Shown here in pieces: positions 14,212 through 26,722 of a DNA stretch of 64,000 nucleotides (its first letter is position 1; each line of letters opens with the position of its first letter). Where the stretch lies: the NCBI GenBank assembly GCA_964016885.1, contig OZ024744.1, forward strand, positions 77,376,001-77,440,000, read 5' to 3'. This DNA comes from Eledone cirrhosa (lineage: Eukaryota). Under the pieces are notes generated by a model. The model saw nothing but the letters and a program-made list of their open reading frames with translations. It was not told where the DNA came from and made no database searches. Position numbers and translations under genes: made by a program.

Positions 14212-14585
14212 TAAATATATATATATATATCATTATATATATATATTAATTAAAGATTAATAGGTTAATTAGATACTAATACCCAAACATCTCAATGAAA
14301 GAAATCTCTCTTAGAAGCAATATTATATATTAAAATTAAATGAAAAAACTTTTCATTTAATTTTAACACACACACACACAGACAGACACATACGCATTCA
14401 TACATACACACACATACACAGACACACACATTCATACATACAAACACACCCGAGCATGGAACCTTGTTCGCCTCCAAACTCTCACACTCACATCCACGCA
14501 TACACACACACACGTACACCTACACACACACACACGCACCACCTTCCGCCCTCCCCGCTCGGTTCCCCAATTTCCTTCTATCATA

Positions 14586-15020
14586 AAATCCCTGATCAAC
14601 AAGAAAACCCACTGTACTAATAAGAAATATGTTATATGTAAAGTAAACCCCCGGATAAACTGTAAAACTAGAAATGTAGTCTATAGCATAAGATGTGCAG
14701 AGGGTACTTGCAGGAACATGACAACGACATACATAGGTGAGACAGCTCGAAGCATAGGAGAAAGGATAGACCAACACTGGGGGGAATTAAAAGGACAAAA
14801 AACGGTTCAATACTATATGAACACGCCAGACAACAACATGACGGTAATATAGACAACATAGAAATTAAAATAATATCTAAACATAGAAATGACCCAGCAG
14901 ATAGGCAAATCAGAGAGGCAAGCGAAATAGAGCTTAGAAAACCAAAGCTAAACAGAAAAATGGAATGGAATAACAACAACCATACCCAAACAAACAATAC
15001 TGACTTAAGAGAATTATAAA
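14586..15020 (+). pseudogene. Penelope-like element GIY-YIG endonuclease (frameshifted)
   Basis: Translates HCTNKKYVICKVNPRINCKTRNVVYSIRCAEGTC...YIGETARSIGERIDQH, then after a frameshift ILYEHARQQH...RQIREASEIELRKPKLNRKMEW. This matches the PLE GIY-YIG signature with an upstream Cys-rich linker (Neptune-like). Absent from the ORF track. Confidence 0.85.
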
Positions 15021-15279
15021 TAAATAAATAAATGAATAAATATATACACAAGTACAATAACAACAAACACATATAAACACACACTAGTAAACAAAAACAC
15101 ATACACTTAAAACGAAAACACATACACTCAAACGCGAACACGCACCAAACATTATACACACATGCAAACGCATGCGCAAAGACGGAGACAAGAAGATATA
15201 AATAAATAAATAAATAAATAAAATAAAAATGGCGTAGACATTACAATACAATACAATACAATAAGAGGGAACGTAATAG

Positions 15280-15323
15280 TACCACTGATGATGTTGCAGA
15301 TGTGCAACGAAAGAACTTTGATA
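15280..15323 (+). ncRNA. Minimal hammerhead in the pLTR downstream of the GIY-YIG fragment
   Basis: TACCA-CTGATGA-T-GTTGCAgatgTGCAAC-GAAA-GAACTT-TGATA; same stem III as the 61817 copy. Confidence 0.6.
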
Positions 15324-15516
15324 GACTGTATATATATATATATATGTATTTATATCTGTATTTTTAACCGTTAGTCAATCAATGCTCAACATTGATTGCC
15401 AAATAAATTAACTATGGAGATATAAAAGATACAGAAGTAAAAGTCAACCAAACAGTGAGTGTGTTCTGTTATTATTTCTGGCAATATTATTACAACAATA
15501 TGACCCTCCCCAAGTA

Positions 15517-15565
<49 letters not shown>

Positions 15566-15989
15566 ATATATATTATAAAGTAATATGATAGGATGCCGGG
15601 CAGGTTGAGTTCCCTTATGTAGTTCTGCAAACACTATGCACATTTCAGTGACCAGATATGCAATAAATGCAGAAACATAGATTTCACAAAACATACTTCA
15701 TTTTTAATGTTTGTGTGTGGATTTTAATACTCATTGTGGCAAAACAACAATCACAATGTTAACATCATCATAGACAGCTTACAGTTTTGTTCAGTACATG
15801 AGTTCTTAAATACCAGTAATATCTGCGAGCATGTAACGTGGTGAACATGAGATGGTGTTTGGCTTAAATTAAATTAGGTTTTTGACACCAACCTAAAAGA
15901 GGGACACATATATATATATATAGGACAGTATTATCCAGTTGAAACTTCAATGACACTACAACATTTCTATTCAGAAAATATAATTTGTA

Positions 15990-16100
15990 CTAGCTGGCCC
16001 CGTCCCGTAAACATGACGGCTAATTGTAATATCTAAACCTAATATAAAAAAGAGATATTTATTTGTTGGCTGGCTGGTTGGCTGGTTGGTTCCTTCGTGC
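15990..16100. mobile_element. Helitron-like termini
   Basis: Minus-strand CCGTC..GACGG hairpin followed by CTAG at 15990-15993; plus-strand A|TCTAAACCTAATATAAAA followed by (GGTT/GGCT)n. Confidence 0.45.
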
Positions 16101-16224
16101 TCACTCACACAAGTGATACAAACATATAAACACACAGCAGTGACGAATTTTAGAACGCTAGATTTCTATAGTTTCTCACCTAGAACGCTGGACTTCTATA
16201 GTTTCTCACCCATCTCCTTCTTCC

Positions 16225-17030
16225 GTCGACGTTATCGCCCCTTTCTTGCTCAGTCGACGTTATCGCCCCTTTCTTCCTCAGTCGACGTTATCACTCCTTC
16301 CTTCCTCAGTCGACGTTATCACCCCTCCTCAGTCGACGTTATTGCCCCTTTCTTCCTCAGTCGACGTTATCGCCGTTACTTCTTCAGTCGACGTTATCAC
16401 TCCTTCCTTCCTCAATCGCCGTTATCACCTCTTTCTTCCTCAGTCGACGTTATCACCCCTTCCCTCCTCAGTCGACGTTATCACCCCTTCCTTCCTCAGT
16501 CGACGTTATCACCCCTTCCTTCCTCAGTCGACGTTATCGCCCCTTCCTTCCTCAGTCGACGTTATCACCCCTTCCTTCCTCAGTCGACGTTATCGCCCCT
16601 TTCTTCCTCAGTCGACGTTATCGCCCCTTACTTCCTCAGTCGACGTTATCACTCCTTCCTTCCTCAGTCGACGTTATCGCCCCTTACTTCCTCAGTCGAC
16701 GTTATCACTCCTTCCTTCCTCAATCGACGTTATCACCTCTTTCTTCCTCAGTCGGCGTTATCACCCCTTCCTTCCTCAGTCGACGTTATCACCCCTTCCT
16801 TCCTCGGTCGACGTTATCACCCCTTCCTTCCTCAGTCGACGTTATCACCCCTTCCTCAGTCGACGTTATTGCCCTTTACTTCGTTAATCGACGTTATCAC
16901 CCCTTCCTTCTTCAATCGACGTTATCACCTTTTCTTCCTCAGTCGACGTTATCACCCTTTCCTCCCTCAGTCGATGTTATCCCCCTGACTTCTTCAGACG
17001 ACGTTATCACCCCGTTCCTTCCTCAGTCAA
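16225..17030. repeat. 28-bp minisatellite (~29 units)
   Basis: Unit CAGTCGACGTTATCACCCCTTCCTTCCT; the ORFs 16086-16988 and 16246-16887 are artefacts of this repeat. Confidence 0.95.
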
Positions 17031-17417
17031 CTCTAGTGTGCGATGGTCAAATACACAAGGCTATTATATTAGTGAATTCTAACTTCAAATATTGAGTGTG
17101 AGTCCGTTGAACATTGTTCAATATATTTCTTGTTTGTAATACCGTGAAGCGTAAGGTGAATGAAGCAATGTTTGCATAATATATAATAACATTTAAAAAA
17201 TATGAAATTAAAATAAATTGGCTGCCATTAAACTTAATTACTAAATGTATAATGATTTACATTTATTAATAATTGTTTTAATTATCCCACCGAGTTTGAA
17301 TTTGCATTTCAATGTAGTATAATGTATGGAGTTGTGGATGAGGGAAAGTAGCAGGTAAAGTTGGTGCAACACACACCTGTGCGGTGAGTTTTATCGCAAC
17401 ATATGAGAGACAATATA

Positions 17418-17617
17418 CGAGGGTCGGCTGAAATGTCCATAAGCTGACTATGAAAAAGTTATGCTAGAACTGTGAAATCTTGTATGCATTAATTTCAACT
17501 ATTCATATTAATAATTGCATTTTTTTTCTTTCTAGGGACTTTGTTGAAAATTAAACCTCATTTGGTCATTCCATGAGAGTATCTTGGTCAGCCTATGAAC
17601 TTTTCAGTCGACCCTCG
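17418..17617. mobile_element. Tc1/mariner-type MITE
   Basis: TA|CGAGGGTCGGCTGAAA ... TTTCAGTCGACCCTCG|TA; second copy at ~54361-54567. Confidence 0.75.
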
Positions 17618-18971
17618 TACACGTTCGAAAACAAAGGTACAAACTTGTCATACTACTGTATATAACCACATTCCTTATATTATTCGATACAGCATCCCGT
17701 GAAGGTATCTTGGTCAACTTATGAACTTTTCAGTCGACCCTCATACACGTTCGAAAACAAGGGTAAAAACTTGACTCTTTGTACGTCGCCATTTTTGTGA
17801 CACAATACGGATAGATGATGACCGTAAAGATGGTCGGTGGAGTTTGTATGGATATGCAAGTTGATGACCCCATGTCGACAACAAAGCTATTTATTCCAGA
17901 GCTGTGTTCCATAGTTGGAACTGAAAAGCAAAGCAACTGGACTGGTAGTAGAAACTAGAAACTATACGCAAGACAAGAGCCACTTGAGGTCTTTCTGCTC
18001 ATATAGAACTAAAAAAAATAATAACAAGGGCGAGGGGGCATGAGTGTGGAAGCTTCAGAGGCAAACAAAAAAAAACAAAAAAACACAACCCAGTAACTAC
18101 TGTTTCCAGAGAAACACTGGTTAAAACTCCGAGGACAGATGCCGGGAGCCGACGACAAGGAAGTTGAGTTGTTCCCACTCATTAGTAACAGGTTATCGTC
18201 ATCTAAAGATGGAGAGCTAATGGAGATTGGAGAAGGCTGATAAATAGTCGACAAATAGTCGGGACAACTGGTAAGAAAAGGAAATTACAGGGAAAGAAAA
18301 GTGAGCCCAAGCCAATGACAAGCAATATCCAAGATGAGAAGCCCATCTAATGAACTTCACACTCCTTTGAGTCGCCAACAAAAACTTGATGGATCAACTA
18401 AACTACATGAAAAGTAATGTGGATACGGAATCGGGTGCTTTTTTTCTTTTTTGGGGGTGGTGGGTATGGAAGGATTTAAATGATAGCCTGATGGTGGAGA
18501 CTGGACTAGCAAATTTTTCCAGAGTATGCGGGGTAGAATTCGAGTCTAGTCTAACAGCGAGCATGCTCACTCGCATTTTCAGAAGTCTCAAATTCTAGGA
18601 ATGTTTTTGCTCTACACTCATTTTATATAACTAGTTTTGTATACCTTCACATGTCCTGTAACTCTTTTTGTAACACGTTGTTACAAAAGAAATAGCGCCA
18701 GCTTAACTTTGCCTTTCATCTTTACGGGGGTCAATAAATAAAGTACCAGTAATACACTTCAAATTCTGGCCTTGTGCCTAAAGTAGAAATCATTATTAAC
18801 TTTATTTCTATTATTAGTTTTGATTCCAAAACTGTGGGCAGCTCTGTGCGCATGCAGTGTTGTTTCTCGTGTTGTTTCTATTGTATTGAAAGTACTTTTC
18901 GCAATATGTATGTTTTGTCTAGCATTTTATTTTTTGTATATTGTCTATATGTGTCCAAGGATACTTTACAT

Positions 18972-19294
18972 CAGGGGTCAGCAATCTTTTGGGGGTGTGC
19001 TGGCCATATTGCTATGCTGTGTCTCGTCAGCTGGCCATGATATCAAAATACAATAAATTTGCTCGACCTCAGACTGCTCTGTCTAGAAGGCTACCTTAAT
19101 CCCGGGATTTAAAGAATAATAATGAATTTTATGTGATATTACTTTCAGAATATTACATTCAGCTAAGTAAGTCTTGTGGCTTGACGTGTTCTCTAGTCGG
19201 TATTCTAATCCAAAATATTTCACTTAGCCTAAGATTAAAACCTGTTGGTGGGCCAGACAAAACTCCTTCGTGGGCTGGAGGTTGCCGACCCCTG
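18972..19294. mobile_element. hAT-type MITE
   Basis: TIRs CAGGGGTCAGCAA / TTGCCGACCCCTG; perfect 8-bp TSD CTTTACAT. Confidence 0.85.
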
Positions 19295-19729
19295 CTTTAC
19301 ATATTAGGTATGCAGTATCTAAAAGTGCTTATTACTGTGTATTTGTATGTGTAAGTATTTGTTCAAGCTCTTTACTTCCTAAGTTCAAATCCCACAGAGG
19401 CCAACTTTGTCTTTGATCCTTTATGGGTTGATAAAATAAAGTACAAGTCAATTACTGAGGTCTGTTTAATTGACTAGCCCCCTCCCCCACACACAAAAAT
19501 TGTGGGCTTGTGCCTATGTTAAAAATGACTATTTTTTATTATAGTGATTTGTATTTTAGTGTGTGTTAGCTGTCATGAGATCATTGACTGTTGGAAGGAT
19601 GAACCAGATGAGGTTGTGTGGCCAGAACATTCCATACCTATAAACGTTACAAGTGGCACTCTTTCTACGCATCAATGAATCAAGTTGAAAGGAACTTTTA
19701 CTTTTTAAAGCCATCTGTATATATTGTCA

Positions 19730-19787
<58 letters not shown>

Positions 19788-21157
19788 TTAAGATGTCGTT
19801 CAGCTTGGGTCATTATCCTAAAGCTTTACTTTAATTACTTTCGATCAACATTGAAGACTGTTACTAACATCCTGTTGGTCAGTGGTAGTGTTGAAATGCA
19901 GCTGGATTCCCTGCTGTGTTGGACGATTTCATCTGGATAAGACACCCAAGTGGCGCCTGACTTACAGTACCGTCAGCTCTGGTCAGGGAGTGGTTTTAAT
20001 TGACAGAGCAGCACTATGTCCGGCCACACGACCAATGAAGCGTGTATTCAATATGTGAGATGTTTTGTCATTCACGACCTTGCTAGTGTTAAAGAGCTTT
20101 CAGCTGTTGTCAATCGGCTGTATAGATCTTTTGTAACATGCTTTGAATTTGTATCAAGTGGAAATACGTCGTCGTAAATAACAGCTTAACATTTTTATGC
20201 CACATCCGTCTTCTCATATCTATAATCCTTTCTTTTAAATTAAACAAAAAATAGGAAGAAAAAAGAAAGAAAATGGGAACGTGTCACGTGTCATCATTTG
20301 AAATGTTTTTAAATTTTGCTAAATGATTGAAACCGTTTTAAGTTTAAAATTAGGTGGTCAGAAAATATCGGTTTCTTATATAGGCACAAGGCCAGCAATT
20401 TGGGGAAGGGGGGAAAGTCGATTAAATCGACCTCAGTGCGTGACTGGTACTTTATTTTATCGACCCGTAAGGATGAAAGGCAAAGTTAACCTCGACGGAA
20501 TTTGAACTCAGACCGTAAAGGGACGTAACTATACTAGAAAGCATGGCGTCCATAAGACACGTAACAACTTCTCGCTTTCAGGCTTTATTGAAATATAATT
20601 TATTCATATAAAATCATGCAAATGAGGCTATAACACATACACACAGACATACACGCACATATATATATATATACATATAGGAGGGGGGGGGGTGAGACAG
20701 ACAGAGATATAGACAAACAAAAAGACATTGCTAGATAGGTAGATTGACAGATATATATATTTCCTGATATTATGTATGGATTGGCAGTATCGGTAGAGGG
20801 TCGGGCGCCATGCTTTCCAGCATAGAGTTACGGCCCTTTACGATCTGAGTTCAAATCCCGCCGAGGTTGACTTTGCCTTTCATCCTTACGGGGTCGATAA
20901 AATAAAGTACCAGTAATGCACTGGGTAATTGCTGGCCTTGTGCCTAACGTAGAAACAATTATGTATGGTGTATGTAATTAATTGATAACTAATCATTTCC
21001 AGTTGTTTTGCAAATACATGTACCATTGTAAATGTATTGAAATGGACGTAGAAATAAAGGAGCGAATGTAAGTTGGTAATCTTGGTCTTTTGTAATATTG
21101 TATGCATGTATGTTTAACTCCCTCCTCACTCCTTCTTGGATCCCCCCCCCCACTCTC

Positions 21158-21185
21158 CTGATGAAGGGTTTATGCCCGAAACGTA
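21158..21185 (+). ncRNA. Minimal hammerhead core (stem I not evident)
   Basis: CTGATGA-A-GGGtttatgCCC-GAAA-CG-TA; the homologous element at ~60850-60975 (-) shares the downstream CTCACTAAGCGTGAAC...TACCATTTGTAACTTGTA tail. Confidence 0.5.
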
Positions 21186-21361
21186 TAACCCCCCCCCCCC
21201 CCACTCTCACTAAGCGTGAACTTAATACCATTTGTAACTTGTACTCTTGCGTTGTTGTTTTTTTACTTTCCTATATATATATGTATATATATATATACAT
21301 ATAAATATATATATATGCATATATATACATATATATATATATATACATATAAATATATATA

Positions 21362-21405
<44 letters not shown>

Positions 21406-21496
21406 AGGTATGTATACACACTTCGACAGCATTCTAATAAATACTTCCTGTACAGTTAATCAAGTTGTGTATACATTTTTTGGGGGCACCCTATAT

Positions 21497-21539
<43 letters not shown>

Positions 21540-21900
21540 TGTTTCTTTATTAGGAACAAGGGCATCAAAGAAGGGGACAAATACAAAGGGGGAAGTTTAC
21601 ATACAATAGATAGATGCGATGTGACTAGTTTAGACCAGCAAGGGATTTATTCGGCTTCGGCGTAGTATCCTATATTTAGGAAAAACAGTGAAAATATTAT
21701 AGAATTTATGCCCGAAGGCGGCTAAGCTTAAACCGAATATATATATATATATATATAAATATATATATAAAAAAAGAAAATTTCGCTCTACATGGCTGAA
21801 TACAATAAATGTAATCTGAGTTTTTCGAATATTAATAATAACATTCGATTCGTTTGCAATTATGCATATATTTTCACTAGCTCTGACAGTTTGGCAGGTG

Positions 21901-21960
21901 AACAGTGAGCTGTGCTGATGAAGGGTGATACCCAGAAACATTAGTGTCTGCAGTTCTGTT
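21901..21960 (+). ncRNA. Type I hammerhead ribozyme inside an inverted-repeat element (21811-22095)
   Basis: Stem I AACA-gt-GAGCTGTG / TGCAGTTC-TGTT; CTGATGA 21915-21921; stem II GGGT-gat-ACCC; GAAA 21935-21938; stem III ACA-ttag-TGT; GTC ending at 21948. Arms 21811-21866 and 22030-22095 are inverted. Confidence 0.75.
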
Positions 21961-22127
21961 CGCATGCCAACACAAGAGCAAGAATGAAGTGTTCATTCTA
22001 CTGACATGGCTATAAAATTGATGTTTGTTTGCATAATTGCAAACGAATCATCGAGTGTTATTATTAATATTCGAAAAACTTAGAACTTAGATTACGTTTT
22101 AAATATACATATATATATATATATATA

Positions 22128-22221
<94 letters not shown>

Positions 22222-23008
22222 GGGAGAATGACTGAAAAAATACCCAGGGGCAATGTTTTGTATATCAAGTAGTCGATAATTGTTTTGTATGTTTGGTTGA
22301 GGTATTTCATGGAAGACTTCTGCCTTTCATCCTTACGGGGTCGATAAAATAAAGTACCAGTAATGTACTGGTTAATATTGCTGGCCGAGTGCCAAAAGTA
22401 GAAACAATTATTTTAATAAAAACGGTAGAGAGTCGGATACCATGCTTTTCAACATAGAGTGATAGCCCTTTATGATCTGAGTTCAAATCCCGCCGAGGTT
22501 AACTTTGCACAAGGCCAGCAATTATTTTAAGGGAAGGAGAAAGGCGATTAAATCAACCCCAGTGCATTACTGGTGCTTTATTTTATCGACCCTGTAAAGA
22601 TGAAAGACAAAGTTAACCTCGGCAGGATTTGAACTTAGACCGTAAAGGAGCGTAACTCTATGACGCGAAGCATGGCGTCCAATGCTCTGTCGATAGTGGC
22701 AATAATAATGTTATTAGTCATTGACTAATAACATTTTTCTTAGCCACATGAATATTTTCAGTCAGGTTTTTAATGTTGAACATTTTGACATGACACTATT
22801 TTTGACTAAACTATTTATCATTAAACGGAAAAAATGAAACGAAATTTCATTTCTCACTCTTAGTACGGCTGTTACTTAAATATAAGTATATATGCGTACA
22901 TACATATATGTATACAGACGTACAGTAGTATGTAAATATATATACAGTAGTATGTATATATATATAAACAAACATCCCGAATTAAGCCGTACAGTGTCTA
23001 GCAACCAT

Positions 23009-23051
23009 ACGTTACTGACGATAGCTAATAAGCTTGAAACTAGTACAGCGT
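23009..23051 (+). ncRNA. Minimal type I hammerhead, copy 1
   Basis: ACGTTA-CTGACGA-T-AGCTaataAGCT-T-GAAA-CTAG-TA-CAGCGT; predicted cleavage after 23045. Confidence 0.7.
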
Positions 23052-23445
23052 TCCTTTCTCAGGGTTGAACGAATGAGCAACGATGGTTGCTAGACACTGT
23101 ACGGTTTAATTCGGGATGTTTGTTTACAAACACACCGAGCATTATAATAAATGTTCGGTGAATCCATACGTACATATATATATATATGTGTGCATGTATG
23201 TATATATATATATATACATACTATTGTACGTCTGTATACATATATGTATGTACGTGTACATACTTATATTTAAGTAACAGCCGTACTAAGAGTGGGAAAT
23301 GAAATTTCGTTTCATATTTTCCGTTTATCGTTTTCGGTACCCCGACCGATTAACTCACTCGATATGCAAATTAGGCTGCTCAGCCGTTAATATGCATAAG
23401 GAAAGTATATACTTTCAGACGTTCAATCATCTGGCAAGAAGGTAT

Positions 23446-23488
23446 ACGTTGCTGACGATAGCTGATAAGCTTGAAACTAGTACAGCGT
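23446..23488 (+). ncRNA. Minimal type I hammerhead, copy 2
   Basis: ACGTTG-CTGACGA-T-AGCTgataAGCT-T-GAAA-CTAG-TA-CAGCGT; 6-bp stem I extended by AAGG/CCTT; predicted cleavage after 23482. Confidence 0.8.
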
Positions 23489-24119
23489 TCCTTTGTCAGG
23501 GTTGAACAAATGAGCAACGATGGTTGCTAGACACTCTACGGCTTAATTCGGGATGTTTGTTTACAAACACACCGAGCATTATAATAAATGTTCGGTGAAT
23601 TCATACGTACATATATATATGTGTGCATGTATGTATATATATATACATACTACTGTACGTCTGTATACATATATGCATGTACGTATACATACTTATATTT
23701 ATCATTAAGTTTGACATATAGACACATTTTGTATTTTTGCTATCGACCGGGTAAAACCAACCGGCAGGGGACCCAAGGGTAGACCCCGAGCAAAATGGTT
23801 GCCTTGTTACCAGACACACCGAGGTCATGTATATTTAAGCATATCAGCCTCAACATTGTTCTTGCTGAAGATGAGAGAAGACCATTTACATTTTGCTATG
23901 TGTTGGTATGCATTGTGTGTTTACTATTCCCCAAATTAAAGTAACAGCAAACCCCCCAAAAAACTTCAGATCTGTAATCTGCTCCAAATTGCCAACATAA
24001 CGTTAGCTGCAATTAATATATCAGAGAATAGATAATAATTTTAAAAAAACCTGTTTCTAAAAAAGAATTGTTATGCAAAGCTTCATATGGCTGTAAAGAT
24101 GCTTTTTTGTTTGTTTTAG

Positions 24120-24415
24120 AGAGAGCGATCACAGCTCCGATACTATATGCATGTAATCGCTGGACAGGTTGGGGATCCAGTCGGATCGATTGGAGACGGT
24201 TGCTTCTGACAGGACCCGCTGGAAGGAGTGTTAGAGGACTCTTCTCCCACGACTCTCACAGAAGAAGAAGAAGAAGAAGAAGAAGAAGAAGAAGAAGAAG
24301 AAGAAGAAGAAGAAGAAGAAGAAGAAGAAGAAGAAGAAGAAGAAGAAGAAGAAGAAGAAGAAGAAGAAGAAGAAGAAGAAGAAGAAGAAGAAGAAGAAGA
24401 AGAAGAAGAAGAAGC

Positions 24416-24450
<35 letters not shown>
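24120..24450 (+). mobile_element. RTE 3' end with expanded (GAA)n tail then (GCA)n
   Basis: 24120-24260 is homologous to the RTE 3' end at 53790-54045, which also ends in GAAGAAGAAG; ~51 GAA units follow. Confidence 0.7.
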
Positions 24451-24452
<2 letters not shown>

Positions 24453-25109
24453 GTTATCTTTTCTCAACTTTTCTTTTCAATGATCTTTCTCTGTGAATAA
24501 GTATGAATATTTTGCATTTAAGAATCAATCTATAGGTGTGTGGCGTCCATTTATTTAATCTGCTATGTTTTAGCCATAATCTGCTATATTTTAGCTCATA
24601 ATCTTCACCGGTCATCCGAGGTTGGTGAGATTAATACTGATAATGCACTAGCTTGGACATATCTAAGTGAATCTCATAAGAGAAAAAGGCGTGTTGAGAA
24701 ATAAATTTCAGATTATTGATGTTCTTTTGGAGAATGAATGAGCAGCGTTAGCTGTATGTAACGCTACTTGCTAAAGGTTCGTAACTTGTATATTGTGGCT
24801 TAAATTACTGACTAGTAAGTGAACGAGTGATGCCCGCATTTTTTTTTTAAAGTCTTCCTACATTTGGGGATAGTGAGACTAACCTTTGTCAGGAAAGTGG
24901 GATCTGCACAGCCCCAGATGTAGATGACTCTAAAGAAAGACCTCCTCATCATTAATCTACCGATCCTCCTGCCTGCTTCTATATCAAATAGAATACTCAA
25001 ATCCAAGTTTCACTAGTTCAAAACTCTTCTGAGCAGACTTTGTCTGACTGCTCTGATTCACACACGGTACTCTTCCTCAGAAAGAACTGATACCCAATGC
25101 CTTAATTGT

Positions 25110-25300
25110 TATCTGCCTTCTGCAGCGCTCCACTGAACCTGATATCTCCATACGGCGTGGTGCGGAGAAAAATATGCTACATCCAGTTTGATGAAGCCGG
25201 GTGGAAACAAACAACCCTCCTCGTTAGATACAGTTGCCTCAACCTTCGTTGCGTTGGCGTTGCTGTCGTTTCTTCCCTCACTGGCTTCATGTCGACCTTT
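25110..25300 (+). mobile_element. Decayed CRE-clade RT-thumb fragment
   Basis: IQFDEAGWKQTTLLVRYSCLNLR resembles the W.QA.LP...GGLGLR motif. Confidence 0.45.
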
Positions 25301-26110
25301 ATCAACAACGTTCTCCTCCACCAAAAAAAACCCGCAGAACTTACCACGATTGCAGCATAAAAGCAGATCTATAATCAGGCGCGTTCCAACCGTACTTCGT
25401 TTGTCGTTTGTGCCTATGTATCGACATGTAACTCCTGATGGAGGTGTAGTGGTGTTATTTCAATATACCTCGTTTTGGGGGGGCATTATAAACCCTGGCA
25501 GACCCCATCACCTCTACAGGTATGAATACAGCAGATTTCATCCAGATAAGGATAGAGAGTGAGAGAGAAAAAAGCGGGGAAGCAATATAGAGGAAGATAA
25601 ACAAAAAATAAGTACAAATTATCTACTAATATTTGTTCATCGACCGCGAAAGGATGAAAGACAAATTTGAGCTTGGTGGGGTTTGAAATGAAAGAGGAGA
25701 GCCGCAACGAATACCGTAAAGCATTCTATCTGATGTGTGGAGTGGAGTTAAATAAAAATAGTAAACAGTATACACACAACTAGTTCATAAGAGTAGAGAT
25801 CATGGTAGAAGTGGTAGACTTGATACAGAGAGGACACAGCGTTTATTTTCTCATCCACGCCTTATCACTCTATGTATCTATAGAGAAAGAAAGTATGAAT
25901 GAAAGAACGATAGAAAACAAAAGGAAGAAAAACACCATGAAGTAGGCTAAACAGTAGAGTACTTGATAACCTCTCAAATCTATATCTTCAATCTTTACAT
26001 ATGTTTAAAATATAATTACATATTGATATGATCACATATATAAACATGTAAATACATGCACACATACATACATACATACATACATACATACATACATACA
26101 TACATACATA

Positions 26111-26428
26111 GTGGCTGCCAACTCGTTTTCGAGTACGGCCACTACTTTATATCCATGTAGGAGTACCCCTACTGATGCGCTGAACGAGTGTGACTTTTTA
26201 GTCCAGCCAGCGACTTGAAAACTCTGGTACAAACACTACACTTGTGACAATTATTGACACATAGTGCTGGGCCCATGGTACCATGTGACGACAAGTGCAG
26301 AGAGATCTCCAGATATAAAGCAATGCCTGTGCCGTGAAGCTTTTATAGTGAGCAAAGGCACTGCACAAAGCCAGTCCCACTCTCTTAACCAAGATGATAT
26401 TTATCAAAAAGAAGAATAAGTCAACAAA
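26111..26428. repeat. Unclassified ~320-bp dispersed repeat beginning at a microsatellite
   Basis: Near-identical second copy at 32511-32827; both begin with a GTGGCTG...CGGCCAC hairpin right after (TACA)n or (TA)n. Confidence 0.8.
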
Positions 26429-26691
26429 TGTATTCAAATATTTATATACATACATATATACTAACATACATGCTTGCATACATACATACATTCCATACAT
26501 ACATACATACATACATACATACATACATACATACTAACATACATACCCACATACATACCCACATACATACATACATACATACATACATACATACATACAT
26601 ACATACATACATACATACATACTAACATACATACATACATACATACATACATACATACATACATACATACATACATACATACATACATACA

Positions 26692-26721
<30 letters not shown>

Positions 26722-26722
<1 letters not shown>

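Larger units (their letters stand above)
22822..23700 (+). mobile_element. Retrozyme-like / non-autonomous PLE: inverted segment plus two ~260-bp direct repeats, each starting with a hammerhead
   Basis: Direct repeats 23007-23270 and 23444-23700; 22822-23008 is an inverted, internally deleted copy of 23083-23327. Confidence 0.8.

Noticed and set aside
16086-16988. 300-aa ORF and CRISPR-like regular repeat
   Set aside because: Pure 28-bp tandem repeat with no unique spacers and no cas genes; the ORF is a by-product.
26111-26145. HDV-like ribozyme at the start of the 320-bp repeat
   Set aside because: Only a nested hairpin is visible; P2/P3/L3 and J4/2 elements could not be placed.
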